Below, in pieces: positions 12,501 through 24,844 of a stretch of DNA of 40,582 bases. Each line of letters begins with the position of its first letter. Position 1 is the first letter of the stretch. Under the pieces are notes generated by a model that was given only the letters and a program-made list of their open reading frames with translations, was not told where the DNA came from and searched no databases. The translations under genes were made by a program, and so were the position numbers. Source of the DNA: Elsinoe ampelina (Eukaryota); NCBI GenBank assembly GCA_010093995.1, contig ML992511.1, positions 487,316 through 527,897 of the forward strand, given 5' to 3'.

Positions 12501-13860
12501 AGCTAGAGAAACTAGTAGGTTCGTAGTCCGTTTCGGGGTTAAACTAAGGCTAAACTAGATCTAGTTCGTAAGCCGAACTAGTGTCGACTTAGTTACTTAA
12601 CTCGGCTAAGCGATTCTAGAGCTACTATATTTCTTCTATAGTACTAATGCGTACGGGGCGTATAGTAGCGTAGGTAGCCTTCTCTAAGGCGCTAGCTATA
12701 TACTTAGTAGAGATATAGCTAGGCTTACTACATGCGTAATAGGTAAGTGTCTAAGTTAGATAGAAAGGCTATAGAGCGCCTCTAGTAATAGGGCGGAAGG
12801 TAGCTAGAGTAGTAGGTATAGAAGTAGAATAAGGCACGCGAATTAGTGCCGTAGCGGCGCAGCTTATAGCTAGGCTAGAGCGTAAGGCTTAAGTACGCTT
12901 AGTAATAGGGTTATTCTATTAAATATTATAGTCGGTAGCGCGGGCCTTAGTAATAAAGGCAGTAAGGTTATTAGTGTCGTAGTTAACTAGAGTATTATAT
13001 AGCTTGTTAGATATCTTCTAATAGATCTAGTATAGCTACTCCTCTTTAGCAATCTTAGCGTAAAGAGTATACTTATTAAACTTGCTAATAAAGGAGTTAA
13101 ATATACTATTACACTAGAAGAGGTTAGCGAACTAAGTACGTATAGTAGCCCTATAGTTAGGATCCTTAAAGCGCTAGGCTAGGAGAGTAAGGACCTCTTC
13201 GACGCTAATAACGTTATTACTAGCTAAGTCTATAATAAGGGTATAGGCTTCTCTAGAGAGACGTAAGTATAGATAGGTAAACTAGGTGTCTCTTGTAGGG
13301 AAACGATCTACGTTAGTACGTATCTTATTCCTTATCTAGTGCTTAAAGACCTTAAACTGCTCCGGTGTACCTATGCTAAAGACGGCAGGGTCTAGTATCT
13401 TTTCTAATAAGGTAAGGTAGCGTATAGAAAGAGCTAGTATACTACGCCCTATCTCGTTTCTTAGTTAGTCTACCTTAGCCTTAAGCTCTTAGATTTTATC
13501 TAGGTAGCGAGTAGCTTAGGTAGTAACGCCGTCGGTATAGGACTAAGATATGTCTAGTTCGGATTAGAGGTTACTAAGCTAGGCCTAAGTAGTATCTAAC
13601 TTATAGTAATAGTAGAGAGCGTCGGTATAAGTGCCTTTTACCTACGTAGTCTACTTATTATAGAAGGACTTAATATAGTTAAATACGTCTCTTAGTGCCT
13701 ATATACTATACTCTTTCTATAGCTTCTTAAGGAGTATAGCGTTAGAGAGGGCAAAAAGATTATAGTAGAGAGAGCAGATAGAGGCGTTATTATTGTTAGA
13801 GATAGGTTAAGGTAGCTTACTTTAGTAGCGCTCTTCGTCGCCGTAGTTAGATCGAGCTAT
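12487..13860 (-). pseudogene. gag of B1 (RIPed)
   Basis: ATA (ATG) at 13860 is in frame with TAG at 12487. A zinc-knuckle remnant (C-x2-C-x4-H-x4-C with Tyr substitutions) lies near 12700-12745. Confidence 0.75.
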
Positions 13861-14183
13861 ACTTAGCGTAGTTAGTTATAAATAGAATAGTATAAAAAGT
13901 TAATACGTAACAAAGGAGATATTAAAATTTTTAGCTAGTAGCCTACTTCCTTTAAGAGTTGTCTATAACTCGACTTATTACCTTCTTCTTGTATCTTTAG
14001 GGTTTATAGTATTAACCTACATAGTAGTAGTAAGGATCTATTATAGTGTACGCGGGAACTATAGTTGTAATAGCTTCTTCTTTAATTCTTTAATTCTTTA
14101 TAAGTAGTAGTTATTAGTAGTTATATAAGTAGTAGAATAACTAGATAGTTTAATAGCTCTATTACTTAGTCGCGGTCGTTTCG

Positions 14184-14195
14184 AAGTCTCGATAT
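14184..14195 (-). promoter_or_regulatory. Putative self-priming primer-binding site of B1
   Basis: AAGTCTCGATAT lies 2 nt inside the 5' LTR boundary and is an 11/12 inverted repeat of ATATTGAGACTT (14245-14256) within the LTR. Confidence 0.65.
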
Positions 14196-14197
14196 AG

Positions 14198-14400
14198 TAA
14201 TTACAACTAGTAAGACAAGAGGTTAATTGTGTCTATTTATTAAAATATTGAGACTTAGAAGAAGAAGAAGAAAAGCTAGTATATAAAGCATATATAATAT
14301 TGAGAGCGGAGCGGCCGGAAGCCCGGGCTACAATGCCGAGATTATATAACTAATCTAAACTAGATCCTAACTAAATCTAGTTCGTATCTATCTCGTATTA
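14198..14400 (-). repeat. 5' LTR of B1
   Basis: Direct repeat of 8136-8338; retains more G/C than its partner. Confidence 0.95.
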
Positions 14401-15069
14401 TCTATAACGATAATAGAGGCTCTAAACTTTGCTATAAGGCCTATTACTCTTACGATACTCCTTGTAACTTTGTTAGTATTCCTAATCTAATACTACTACA
14501 TTCTCTAATAAGTATTAGTATAACAGCTCCTAGACTAATAATATTTTTAACCTTATTAACATATAGCGTGTACTTAATCGTTACTCTTATCCGGGATTAG
14601 ATTATAATCTTTAATATACGCTATAGTATTAAACGCTAGTAGAACAAGCTAGATAATTCTAAATCCTAAGGATCTTAATAGTTCTAATTCTTCTAGTAAC
14701 TAGTTTAGTAGTATAATGTAAATAAAGCGTTAGCGGGCTAATAGCTTTAGTAGGTTTTTTATAATATAGATATACCTTTAATTTTAAAAATTTTCTACCC
14801 TACCCTAATATAGACATGCCTTTAATTTTAATTATGTTACTTATTCCTTAGCCTCTATATAATATAAGTCTAGCCTATAGAAATTAATATACCTCTTACT
14901 TTAAAGTTTCTATAGTATAGTATAGGATTTATTATTACGTATTATAAACACGTTAATAAACATTCTATAACAAGTTATCTATCTTTATTAAATAATATAA
15001 TCTATACTAATCGATATATCTAGAGCTTCTAACTCTAAGTTAGTACTCGATCTATAACTTAGAGATACT

Positions 15070-15532
15070 TATTACGAACTAGTAGAATAGCTAGAGCGTA
15101 GAGACGTCGAGACTAATTAAACTACTAAGGTTATTACGTAACCTAGCCCGACATTTACCTAGTTCTCTATCTTCTCTAGCAGCTCTACCCTTAAAACTAT
15201 AGAGCGTATAGGTTACTAGTAGACGTGTACTCTATGTTGCCTCTAACTCTCGCTATAGAGTATATAAAGTATATAGAGTATATAGTAAAGAATATATATA
15301 TATAGGAATAGTCCTTACCTTATATAAGTACTATAGTTAACCTCGTCTAGATAGCGAATACTAGTATTACTAAGGCTAGCTTTTATAATACTATCTAATT
15401 GTACTTTATTATTTATAAGATATACCTTCTCCAACTCTTACCTTAGTGCTATACTACTATAGAAGTAGAACTACCTCGTTCTTAGCTTAGCTTAGACTAC
15501 TAGCGTAGACTATATTTAGACAGTTCGTAACA
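15070..15532 (+). repeat. 5' LTR of A2
   Basis: T(G>A)TTACGAACTA...CAGTTCGTAACA termini; direct repeat of 21629-22091. Confidence 0.95.
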
Positions 15533-15648
15533 TTTTAACTACCCTTACTATAGTATAGCACGCTACAAGGTTAATAAGTAACTCTCGCTCTAAGTTACTA
15601 TTAGTATCTTCGATCGCTAGTAAGCTAGAAAAGCTTACTATTAATAAT

Positions 15649-18600
15649 ATGTCTACTACTAGTTTAACCTCGAGCGAATATAGAAGGTCTCTTAGTATAG
15701 AGGAAGAATAGAGTAAGCCTAAGTTAGAGGTAGAACTCTTCTATAGGGACTATACCTACTTAAGACACTTTCTTATTTAACTTAAAGCCTTCTTTGCCCT
15801 AGAGAGAGATAAGTACGCTAACGACATAGCAAAGGTCCTCTATGCCGGGATACACCTAAAAGGCGCTACCTTTAGGTAGTTTAAGCCCTATATAAGTAGC
15901 TACCTAGACGGATAACTAAGCCTAGATATAAAGGCTATCTTTAAGAGCTTTAATATCTTTTAGACAAAGATTAAACAAGTCTTTAACATATCTAATAAGG
16001 AGCGCGTCGCTATAATAAAGATCTAATAACTATAACAACGTAGGTCTATAGCCTAGTACTATTTCTAGTTTTAATAACTTATAATACACCTAGACTAGAA
16101 TAATAGTGCTAAACATTTAGTATTCTACTAAGGACTAAGCGACTTAGTCAAAGACTAAATAATACCTAAGCCGCCTAATAGCCTCTAAGAACTAGTAGAT
16201 ACTATAATTACTATTAATAACTAACTTTATAAACGATATATAGAACGTTACGGAGGATATAAGGCAAACACTAGATATATACATTCCTCCCGAAACTATA
16301 GAGACCCTATAGAACTTAATACTATACGCAAGGGCTGCCCCTTATAGGTATAAGGCCGCGGCTATAGAGGAAAGTTCCTTAGTAGAAAAGAGAGAGAGAA
16401 GTATAGACGAGACAATCTATATTTTAAGTATAAAAGACCTAGGTATTAGGCTAGGGACTACTAATAAGGGGCGCTAGCCGATAGATTATATATAATAGTT
16501 ACTAGGCTAGTAGAAAAAAAGGCTAACACTACTATAGAAGACCTAACAACCTTTAGCGTAGGCAAAGAAACATAGAAGGAGTCTATAACAACTTAAGAGA
16601 TAGAAGAATTCTCTCCGGATGTTACGCTTAATATCTCTATAACTAATAGCGAACAATAAAGCTAATACGTAATACTATTATAGATAGTATATTATAATAA
16701 CTCTTGTTATATTTACTTATTAGACAAGTAGGGATCTAGTTAGTTTCTATATAAGCTATCTAAGCGTAGGCAACTAACGAAACAGCTAGACTAGAAACCT
16801 AACCTAGAAGGGCTTTCTATAATTAGTAGTAACACTAACTAACCTTAGAAGGTAGTTAGCGACAATTACTAATATACAATTATTAAGACGAAGTATTAGG
16901 ACATAAGCGCTATATAATAATATAGTAGTCTTACCTTTAGCTCTTATAGTAAACTACAAGGAAAAGTATATTATATATCGCTCTAGAAATGTATAAATCT
17001 AAATTACGAATAGTACTATACTGCCTACTTATACGATATACTCGGAGAAGAGGCTATTAGTCTTAAATATACTATAGACTTCTCGGTAATTAAAATAGAT
17101 AGTACTATTCCCTATAGCTAAGTATAAGAATATACTTAGTGTAGCCTTACTAACTATAACTATACTAGGGGCAGTAGTAACAAAGAGGAATATAACGAAG
17201 AATATACTAAAAGACTATAATATAACAACGTAGATAAAGACTTATTCGATAATAACAACAATAATGTACTACTACCGGGTAGACGACTTAAGGTATATCT
17301 TATAGAGATATAGAGAAACTATATAATAATATATACCTACTACTAGAATAGAACACGATAAGATAAATCTATCTAACTTATATTTATATTTAATATAAAC
17401 ACCTAGCTACACCTAGAGGGAATAGTTATACTAATACGGGTATATACTACTACTTAGTATAACTAGTAGAGAATTATTGGACTTTATAGCCACTAAGGGA
17501 CTTAGGCGCTAGAAGTTTACCTTACTATGTTAAATAGCGACAAAACATAACTTGCCTAGTAGATATAGTACTAACAATAGATACGTGTAGGAAGGGATTA
17601 ACTACTTATCTAAGGCGCTATAATAACAAAAAACTAGCTAGTTATTACCTAAGGAGGTAAGACAATAACACTAGCTAAAGCCTTAATATAATAAAGATCT
17701 ATATATTAAATTACTTTATACTAGAAGTCTAGGTATAAGGAAATAAGGTAAGAGCAATAATAGATTTAGGAGCTAACTATAGCTACGTCTCTATAACAAT
17801 TGCTAATTAGCTTAAACCTTATTAATATTAGAAGGAGGTTACCTTACCTACTTACTATAGCGGATAGAACCCCTATAGGGAAGAATAGGAAAGTTACTTA
17901 GGAACTATAGAACGTTATAATTAAAATTAAAACATATATAGAAAAACGATTAATCGATATAGTAGATATATAGTATAACATAGTACTTAGCATAGACTAG
18001 CTTTAATAACATAATCTAGACGTAGACTAGATTAAAGAAACACTTAAATTTCCTAAGTGTAATTATAAGATATAGAGAGTATAATTAGCTCCGCAGATAC
18101 TAACTATAAGGATAGTATAGGTATAACTAATAGTTAGGGCTATTACTAGCGTAAGTAACTAAGTACTTCCGCTAGAATATAAAGACTTTAAGGATTTATT
18201 TAAAGAAAGAGAAGGTATTATAGCCTTACTCTAACATAAACTATAGAATTACAAAATACCTTTCGAAGAAGGTAAATCCCTAATATACTATTAAGGTCTT
18301 ATACTACTATTAAAACAAGAGAAGAATGTCCTTAAGAACTATATCGATAAGTACTTACTTAAAGGATTTATACAACTATTAAAATTACCTATTATATATA
18401 GAGTGCTTTTTATACTAAAAAAGGATAGGACGTTATAAATATATATTAATTACTAGAAACTTAATACACTTACTAGGAAGAATTACTATCCTCTACTAAG
18501 AATTAACAAACTTTAAGACTAACTTCTTAGAGCTAAATAGTTTACCGTAATTAACATTAGGGACGCCTATTATTAAGTATAAATAAAGGAGGGTAAGGAG

Positions 18601-21017
18601 TAGAAAACAGCTTTTAGAACATAATAGAGTCTATATAAGTACCTCGTTATACTCTTTAGGTTAACTAATACTCCCGTAACCTTCTAAGAGTTAATTAATA
18701 ATACTCTACGAGAATACCTTAATAACTTTATCTTAGTATATTTAGATAATATTATTATCTTCTTAAAGATGTATAACAAACACGTAGGACATGTTTATAA
18801 AGTACTATAGAAACTAAAAGAGAAAGACCTACTAGTAAAACTCTCTAAGTGTAAGTTCTATAAGTATAAGATACAATTTCTAGACTATGTTATATCTACT
18901 AATAGCATTAGACCCGATCTAAAGAAGATTAAGCTAGTAAACGACTAGCTAGAACCTATAATAGTTAAGGAGGTTTAAGCGCTACTAGGGTTCTTTAACT
19001 ACTACTATAAGTTTATTAAGAGGTTCTCTAAAGTAGCTACGCTAATATCTAACCTTACGAAAAAGGAAACTAGCTTTATCTTTAACAAGGGATATAGGTA
19101 GGCCTTTAAGGAGCTAAAGCTTAGACTTATAATAGTACCTATCCTAGTACTCTTTAACCTAGACTAATAAGTACTACTAGAAATAGATGCCTCGGACTTT
19201 GTAATAGAAGTGTATCTAGTATAGAAGAACGTAGAAGAATAACACTACTTAATTATATACTACTTACAAAAAATGACTAGACCTAAACTTAACTATAATA
19301 TATATAATAAGGAGTTACTTATAATTATAAAAGCATTCCGCAAGTAGAAAGTATATCTAGAAGAAATAACCTTACCTATATAAGTCTATACCGACTATAA
19401 GAACCTATTATATTAGACAATAACTAAGGTTCTTAATAGATAACAGGTTTAATAGTTAGAAACACTTATAAGCTACAACTTTTAGATCTACTATATTAAG
19501 GAATTAGAGAATAGTAGAGTAGACGCTCTTAGCTAACAACTAGACTACTTAAAGAATATAACAATAATAGAGGCCTCTATACTAAAGTAGCAAGATAGCG
19601 CTTTAGTCTATAAGTACTTAAAGGTAAAGTAGTTATATAGCCTTACCTAGGAGCTTACGCAAGAATAGAAGAAAGAAGTTATTTAAATATACTATAATAA
19701 CCTAACGGCGGGATATAGTAGGATTAATAAGACTATTAAACTTATTATATAAAACTACCTATAGAAAGGACTCTAAAACGATGTTAAGACATACGTTACT
19801 ATATACGATATATGCTATAAGTCTAAGCACTTATAACATAAGCTATATAGCCTACTATAACTCTTACTACTACTAGACAAACTATAGCAATTAGTTACGA
19901 TAGACTTTATAGGACCTCTACTACTATTAGAAGAACCTCTTACAGGTGTAAAGTATAATAGCATTCTAGTTCTAGTAAATAGGTTTATAAAATATTACTA
20001 CTTTATACTATATAAGATAATAGCAACTACCGAGGATATAGCCTTTATCTTCCTTTAAATAATTGTTTTATAACATAGAGTACTAAGAGACTTAATAACT
20101 AATAGAGATAAGCTATTTATATTATAATTCTAGCAATTATTTATAGATCTACTAGGAGTTAAATATAAGCTATTAACCTCCTTTTATCTATAAATAGATA
20201 GACAAACTAAATAGGCAAATTAAGTACTAGAGTAGTACCTATAATGCTACCTAAACTACAAGTAAGACTTATAGGCGACACTATTACTACTCGCGGAGCT
20301 TGCTATTAATAATAGAAAATTAGTAAATGAAATTTTACTATTTTACGTAAACTATAGAATACACCTAGATCTATACTATAATACACTCGGAATTAAGCTA
20401 GTATTAGAGAATGCTAATATACTAGTAGCTAACATTAAGAAACTATATAACTAGCTATACTACAATATAGTATTTATATTATAAAGAATAGTAGAATTTA
20501 CTAACTAGAAGAGAATTATAAGACTAATTCTATAGGAGAGAGAGAAAGTTTACCTCCTTAGTAGAAACATTAAAACAAAATAACTAAGTAAGAAACTTAA
20601 CTACACTAAACTAGGACTCTTTAAGATTCTAGAAAAGAAAAATAAGAACGTATACAAACTAGAACTACTAAGATATATAAGGATCTATCTAGTCTTTTAT
20701 ATATTACTACTAGAGAAAGCACTATAGAACGCTATACCTAGACCTATCGAACTAGATAAAGAAACATAGGAGCTATAGTACAAGATCGAAAGGGTTTTAC
20801 GTTATAAATCTATAAGGAGAAAGCGTTACTATCTTATCTACTAGAAAGGACATTAGTATAGTAAGGTAATATAGGAACTAGAGGAATACTTTACCTCGTA
20901 AGTAATCCTAGATTACTAGATTAAGAACCTATCCTAAGTAAACTAACTAGACGGACCTAGTACTCCTAATACTAAATAAAAACGAGAATGCCTAAGGAAG
21001 ATTACTTAGCTAATAGA
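15649..21017 (+). pseudogene. gag-pol of A2 (gag, Zn knuckle, long spacer, PR, RT, RH, IN, chromodomain; end approximate)
   Basis: ATG at 15649. Protease IDLGA (DSGA) ~17760. RT LVYLDNIII (YLDD) 18739-18750. RNase H EIDASDF ~19180. Chromodomain YKIERVLRYK..KRYYLIY*KGH..SKVI*ELEEYL ~20778-20890. Confidence 0.92.
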
Positions 21018-21554
21018 AGCACCTTAATCGTTACTAAATAGAGAACCCTAGTTAGAGTTAGGCATAAATAATTACTAGTTCTATAGTAGGATAGGATCTA
21101 CTAATAATAGTATTTCCTCCTACTCTAGGACTTAAATATAAGTCTCCTCTAAAGAGATTACTTTCTCTACCTTGTCCTCTAACTTTTATATCTCTTCGCG
21201 TAGGTAAAGCTTATTACCTATAGCTCTTTAATAAGCCTCTTTTGCCTTTTTATAAGCTTCTTTAGCTCTCCTTCTAGTAGTCTTAGCTATAACTAATTCC
21301 TTTCGTAAATAAATATACTTAGACTAGAAACGCTACTATTCTAATTTTGTTACTTAAATATTATAACCTAAGTAGTTACTTACGACATACTAGCTATAGA
21401 TACCTAACTAAACATAGACCTTATAGTCTAGCCTCTTCGATTTGTAACAAGAATAAGCCTATAGTATATTAGTTCTAAATAGCTCTATAAACTCTAAGAG
21501 ATTCTTTCGTATAGATATGCTAGATTTACTATGTCTTTAACAACTAGGAGACAT
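21006..21554 (-). pseudogene. Antisense accessory ORF of A2 (Zn2Cys6-like plus coiled coil; RIPed; 3' end approximate)
   Basis: Homologue of 506-1054 with an intact ATG at 21554 and the same Tyr spacing at 21455-21363. Confidence 0.6.
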
Positions 21555-21628
21555 ATTTAGTATATAGCGCATAAAGACAAGAAAGAATACTTACTCGTTA
21601 GAACAACTCGATTAAAGGAGGAGAGTAA

Positions 21629-22091
21629 TATTATAAACTAGTAGGACAGCTAGAGCATAGAGACGTTAGGACTAATTAAACTACTAAGGTTATTACGTAA
21701 CCTGGCTTGACATTTACCCGGTTTTCTATCTTCTCTAGTAGCTCTACCTCTAAAACTATAGAGCGCGTAGGTTACTAGTAGATATGTACTTTATATTGCT
21801 CCCGACTCTTACTATAGAGTATATAAAGCACATAGAGTATATAGTAAAGAACACATATATATAGGAATAGTTCTTACCTTATATAAGTACTATAGTCGAC
21901 CTTGTCTAGATAGCGAACACTAGTATTACTAAGGCTAGCCTTTATAATACTATCTAATTGTACTTTATTATCTATAAGACATACCTTCTTTAACTCTTAC
22001 CTTAGTGCTATACTACTATAGAAGTAGAACTACCTCGTTCTTAGCTTAGGTTAGACTACTAGTATAGACTATGTTTAGATAGTTCGTAATA
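21629..22091 (+). repeat. 3' LTR of A2
   Basis: Follows the PPT; ends TAGTTCGTAATA followed by the TSD. Confidence 0.95.
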
Positions 22092-22096
22092 ATACT

Positions 22097-24620
22097 ATAT
22101 ATTTCTCTCTAGCTATTCTAGTAGAATTACGTAGCTTTATAATCTCTGCTTAGAATATTAGACGCGATAGTAGAATACGACAATTATAACTCCTTAAATG
22201 CCTGCCTTTTTAACCTAGTAAGAGATCTAAGAATTAACCTCTATAATAAGCCTAGAAAGACTAGTAGGGTTAAACAATTATAGTATCTATATATAGAGAG
22301 GGCACGAAAAATACACTAAATTAGAATTCTAAAGCACATTCTAGAGGTCTATAGGCAAATGTTATAGAAGCTACTAAGATTTATAATAGAGAACTATAAG
22401 TTATTTATAATAGGTGTAGTAATATACTTACTTATTCTACTTACTATCGCACTAGTAATAAAGCAATAGAGAGACATCTTAAGTCCTAGAAATACACTAT
22501 AGTTGTTAAGTACTACTACGAGTAAAGCCCTGCCTAAAAAGCTCTTAAGTAATTATAATAGCATATAAAGAGCATTTACTAAATTGTCTCTCTATTCTCT
22601 ACTAATACCTTCTACTATAAGCTTGTTTATATAGTTACTAACTATAACTAGTCTTTCCGTATAGTTAAGTGTCCTACCTTTAGCTAATTCCTCTACTTCC
22701 TTCGACCTAATATTACTATACCTAGCCGGACTCTTTTTTAAGTAATACTAGTAGCATAATTCGAGAAGTTATAAAAATTACTACTCTCTAACCTCGGTAA
22801 GAACACTAAGCTTTTAATAGCGTTAGATAGATAGTCTACTAATAACTACTTAGAGTTTATTATAATTAAAGGCTATTTTATTAATAACTAATAGTAATTA
22901 TAAGAGCGGCTCTTAGAAATAATACTTCTTTAAGGTCGCTATACTAGTAAAGCTATAGTAAACAAGGTAATATAGGTACTAAAAGATATATCGGTTAAGT
23001 AATAACTACTTATAGTTATAGTAGATAATATATTAAATAATAGAATACTCCGAGAGTCTCTTAAAAGAAGCCTAGGTACACTAGATATTAAGTAGAATAT
23101 AAAGGAGAATATAATTCTATGCCTAGTATATATTATTAATCTTGTTATATAGGACATTATTAAGCATCTAAAACTTAAGACAAGCGAAGAGATTAACATA
23201 GTAGAGAAGTTATAAAACTGCTATATCTAGGATATTACAATATTAGTCTCTATCTCGAATTTACTACGGAAGGTATATAACATTTATTACATTATTTTAT
23301 TACGTTCTAATATTAGTAAGCTCTACGTAATATGTATTATAATTAATAGTTCCCTATAATAGTTTAAACAATTTATAGACCTCTAGAAGCATCTACTACT
23401 TAAGAAGAGGTACTAAGTTATATATAATATTAAGATACGCTAGAATTTAATATATAATATATATAAGCGAGCATTAAAGCTTAAACCTTTTATTAAGAAT
23501 TAGCTCGAGGATAAGACTATACTCTAAGTACCGAGAACTTCTTCTAAGATATTAATATCTAAACTGCTCTCTAACATTAATAACTATAACTTTACTAAGT
23601 TATTACTTAATCTAAATAAGTAGTAGTATCTTAAATCTATTATAGTAATACTAGAGAACTTTAAGAAAGTAATAACATAGCTAATTACTAGTAGCTAACC
23701 TCTTCTCTAGTATATATAGACGATGTATAATACACTCTTTAACTTCTTAGATAAAATCGAAGAGGGCCTAATTAGCACTAAGAATTATAACAATCTACTT
23801 ATATAGCTAGCTACTATATAAAAGGTAGTAGTAAAGGGACAAGAGAAGCTTAAGAAATACTATATATAAACTAAGGATAGAAAGGGTATACTCTATAACT
23901 ATGTAACAATTCTTAACCCCTCTAAGAAGCTTATAGTATATAATATAAGGGCCTATAGTCTTTCTAGTAAGTAGTAGCTAATAACACTTAGAATATAGAG
24001 ACTTAGAAACCTTACTATAAAGACGACTATTATAAGGAGTTCTTATAGTACCTTCGTCGGTATAATAAGATAGACCTCTTAATTGCTTTACTAGCCTCTA
24101 CCCCTAAGCTATTATATCACTAGCAACGAGACTAGTTTAACTAACCGAAACGAAAGGAGTAAGGTTATGCCCTATTACTATAAAGCGATAGTCTATACTT
24201 CTTATTTATTCTCTCGAAGCGTACTATAGTTAAAGAAGGTAAGGACTACCTTATAACACTACCGGTCTATATTTAGAAACTTAATGTCTTATAGTAGTAG
24301 AAAGAGAAGGAAGAAGAATATCTATTACTATTACATATAGTAAAAGATATTCTAGTAATCCTAATTATAGGGGTTAGAGTCGAGTAAGTGTTTAATATTA
24401 TAAAGAATATTATTAGTGCGCGGAGGCATAAATTAGTAGCCTAAACTATTTAGTAGCTTATAATATTAAAGTATAAGCTTAAAGTAGCCTCGCTATTAGG
24501 ACGGATTAATATAGAACTAGAGATAGAGGATAAGGCTACTAATACTAACAATTTACTTAAATTATTATTAAGGACTAATGTAAATTAACTAGACAATATT
24601 ACTATAGTACTAAGCTATAG
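22097..24620 (+). pseudogene. hAT transposase (RIPed; N-terminus probably starts ~15016, left of A2; end approximate)
   Basis: De-RIPed motifs: IALDGWS..NHL.F..IKGYFID ~22815; GRHTG ~22935; VT.DN..NN ~23015; IPCLAH.INLV.QD ~23113; TRWNS ~23435; C-terminal dimerisation domain L.WWK....EYP.L..MA.DIL.IP..GVGVERVF ~24285-24395. Confidence 0.9.
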
Positions 24621-24844
24621 TAATAATAACTACTCTAAATTAGAGAGAAAGAAAGCATAGGGAGGTTAATAGTATCCTAGTAGAAAGCGTTAGTAGATTT
24701 ACTAGCTAGATTGTATTTATACTTCTAGTATAATTTATGTATTTTGCTTACTACCTTCCCTTACGTAATAAAGTAGCGTAATAAAGTTAGGCCTAAAAAT
24801 TTGTAAGGTATAGTAACGCGCTAAGCTATAGAGTAAGCGCTTTA

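Larger units (their letters stand above)
8136..14400 (-). mobile_element. Full-length Ty3/Gypsy chromovirus, family B, copy B1 (RIP-inactivated)
   Basis: 203-bp LTRs at 8136-8338 and 14198-14400. Perfect 5-bp TSD TCTAT at 8131-8135 and 14401-14405. PPT AAGAGAGAAAGTAG on the minus strand next to 8338. gag, protease, RT, RNase H, integrase and chromodomain remnants on the minus strand. Confidence 0.95.
7959..14716 (+). pseudogene. RIPed small Cys-cluster gene split by insertion of B1 (pieces ~7959-8135, 14406-14471, ~14519-14716)
   Basis: The frame continues across the B1 insertion after removing one TSD: ...KACIYYITK*FINSEER*TTRIY|NDNRGSKLCYKAYYSYDTPCNF. An intron-like GTTAGT(14472)...CTAAT...TAG(14518) follows. 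Confidence 0.5.
15070..22091 (+). mobile_element. Full-length Ty3/Gypsy chromovirus, family A, copy A2 (RIP-inactivated)
   Basis: 463-bp LTRs at 15070-15532 and 21629-22091. Perfect TSD ATACT at 15065-15069 and 22092-22096. PPT AAAGGAGGAGAGTAA at 21614-21628. Confidence 0.96.

Noticed and set aside
6984..15069. Inversion between the oppositely oriented A1 and A2 copies
   Set aside because: A2 retains matching TSDs and its two LTRs share the same indel type, so there is no sign of A1/A2 recombination.
15533..15545. Self-priming PBS for family A
   Set aside because: Only a ~7-8 nt hypothetical complement in the LTR after de-RIPing; too weak.
22939..23199. 86-aa minus-strand ORF from the track
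   Set aside because: Antisense to the hAT transposase core; I/L/S/Y-rich chance frame in RIPed DNA.
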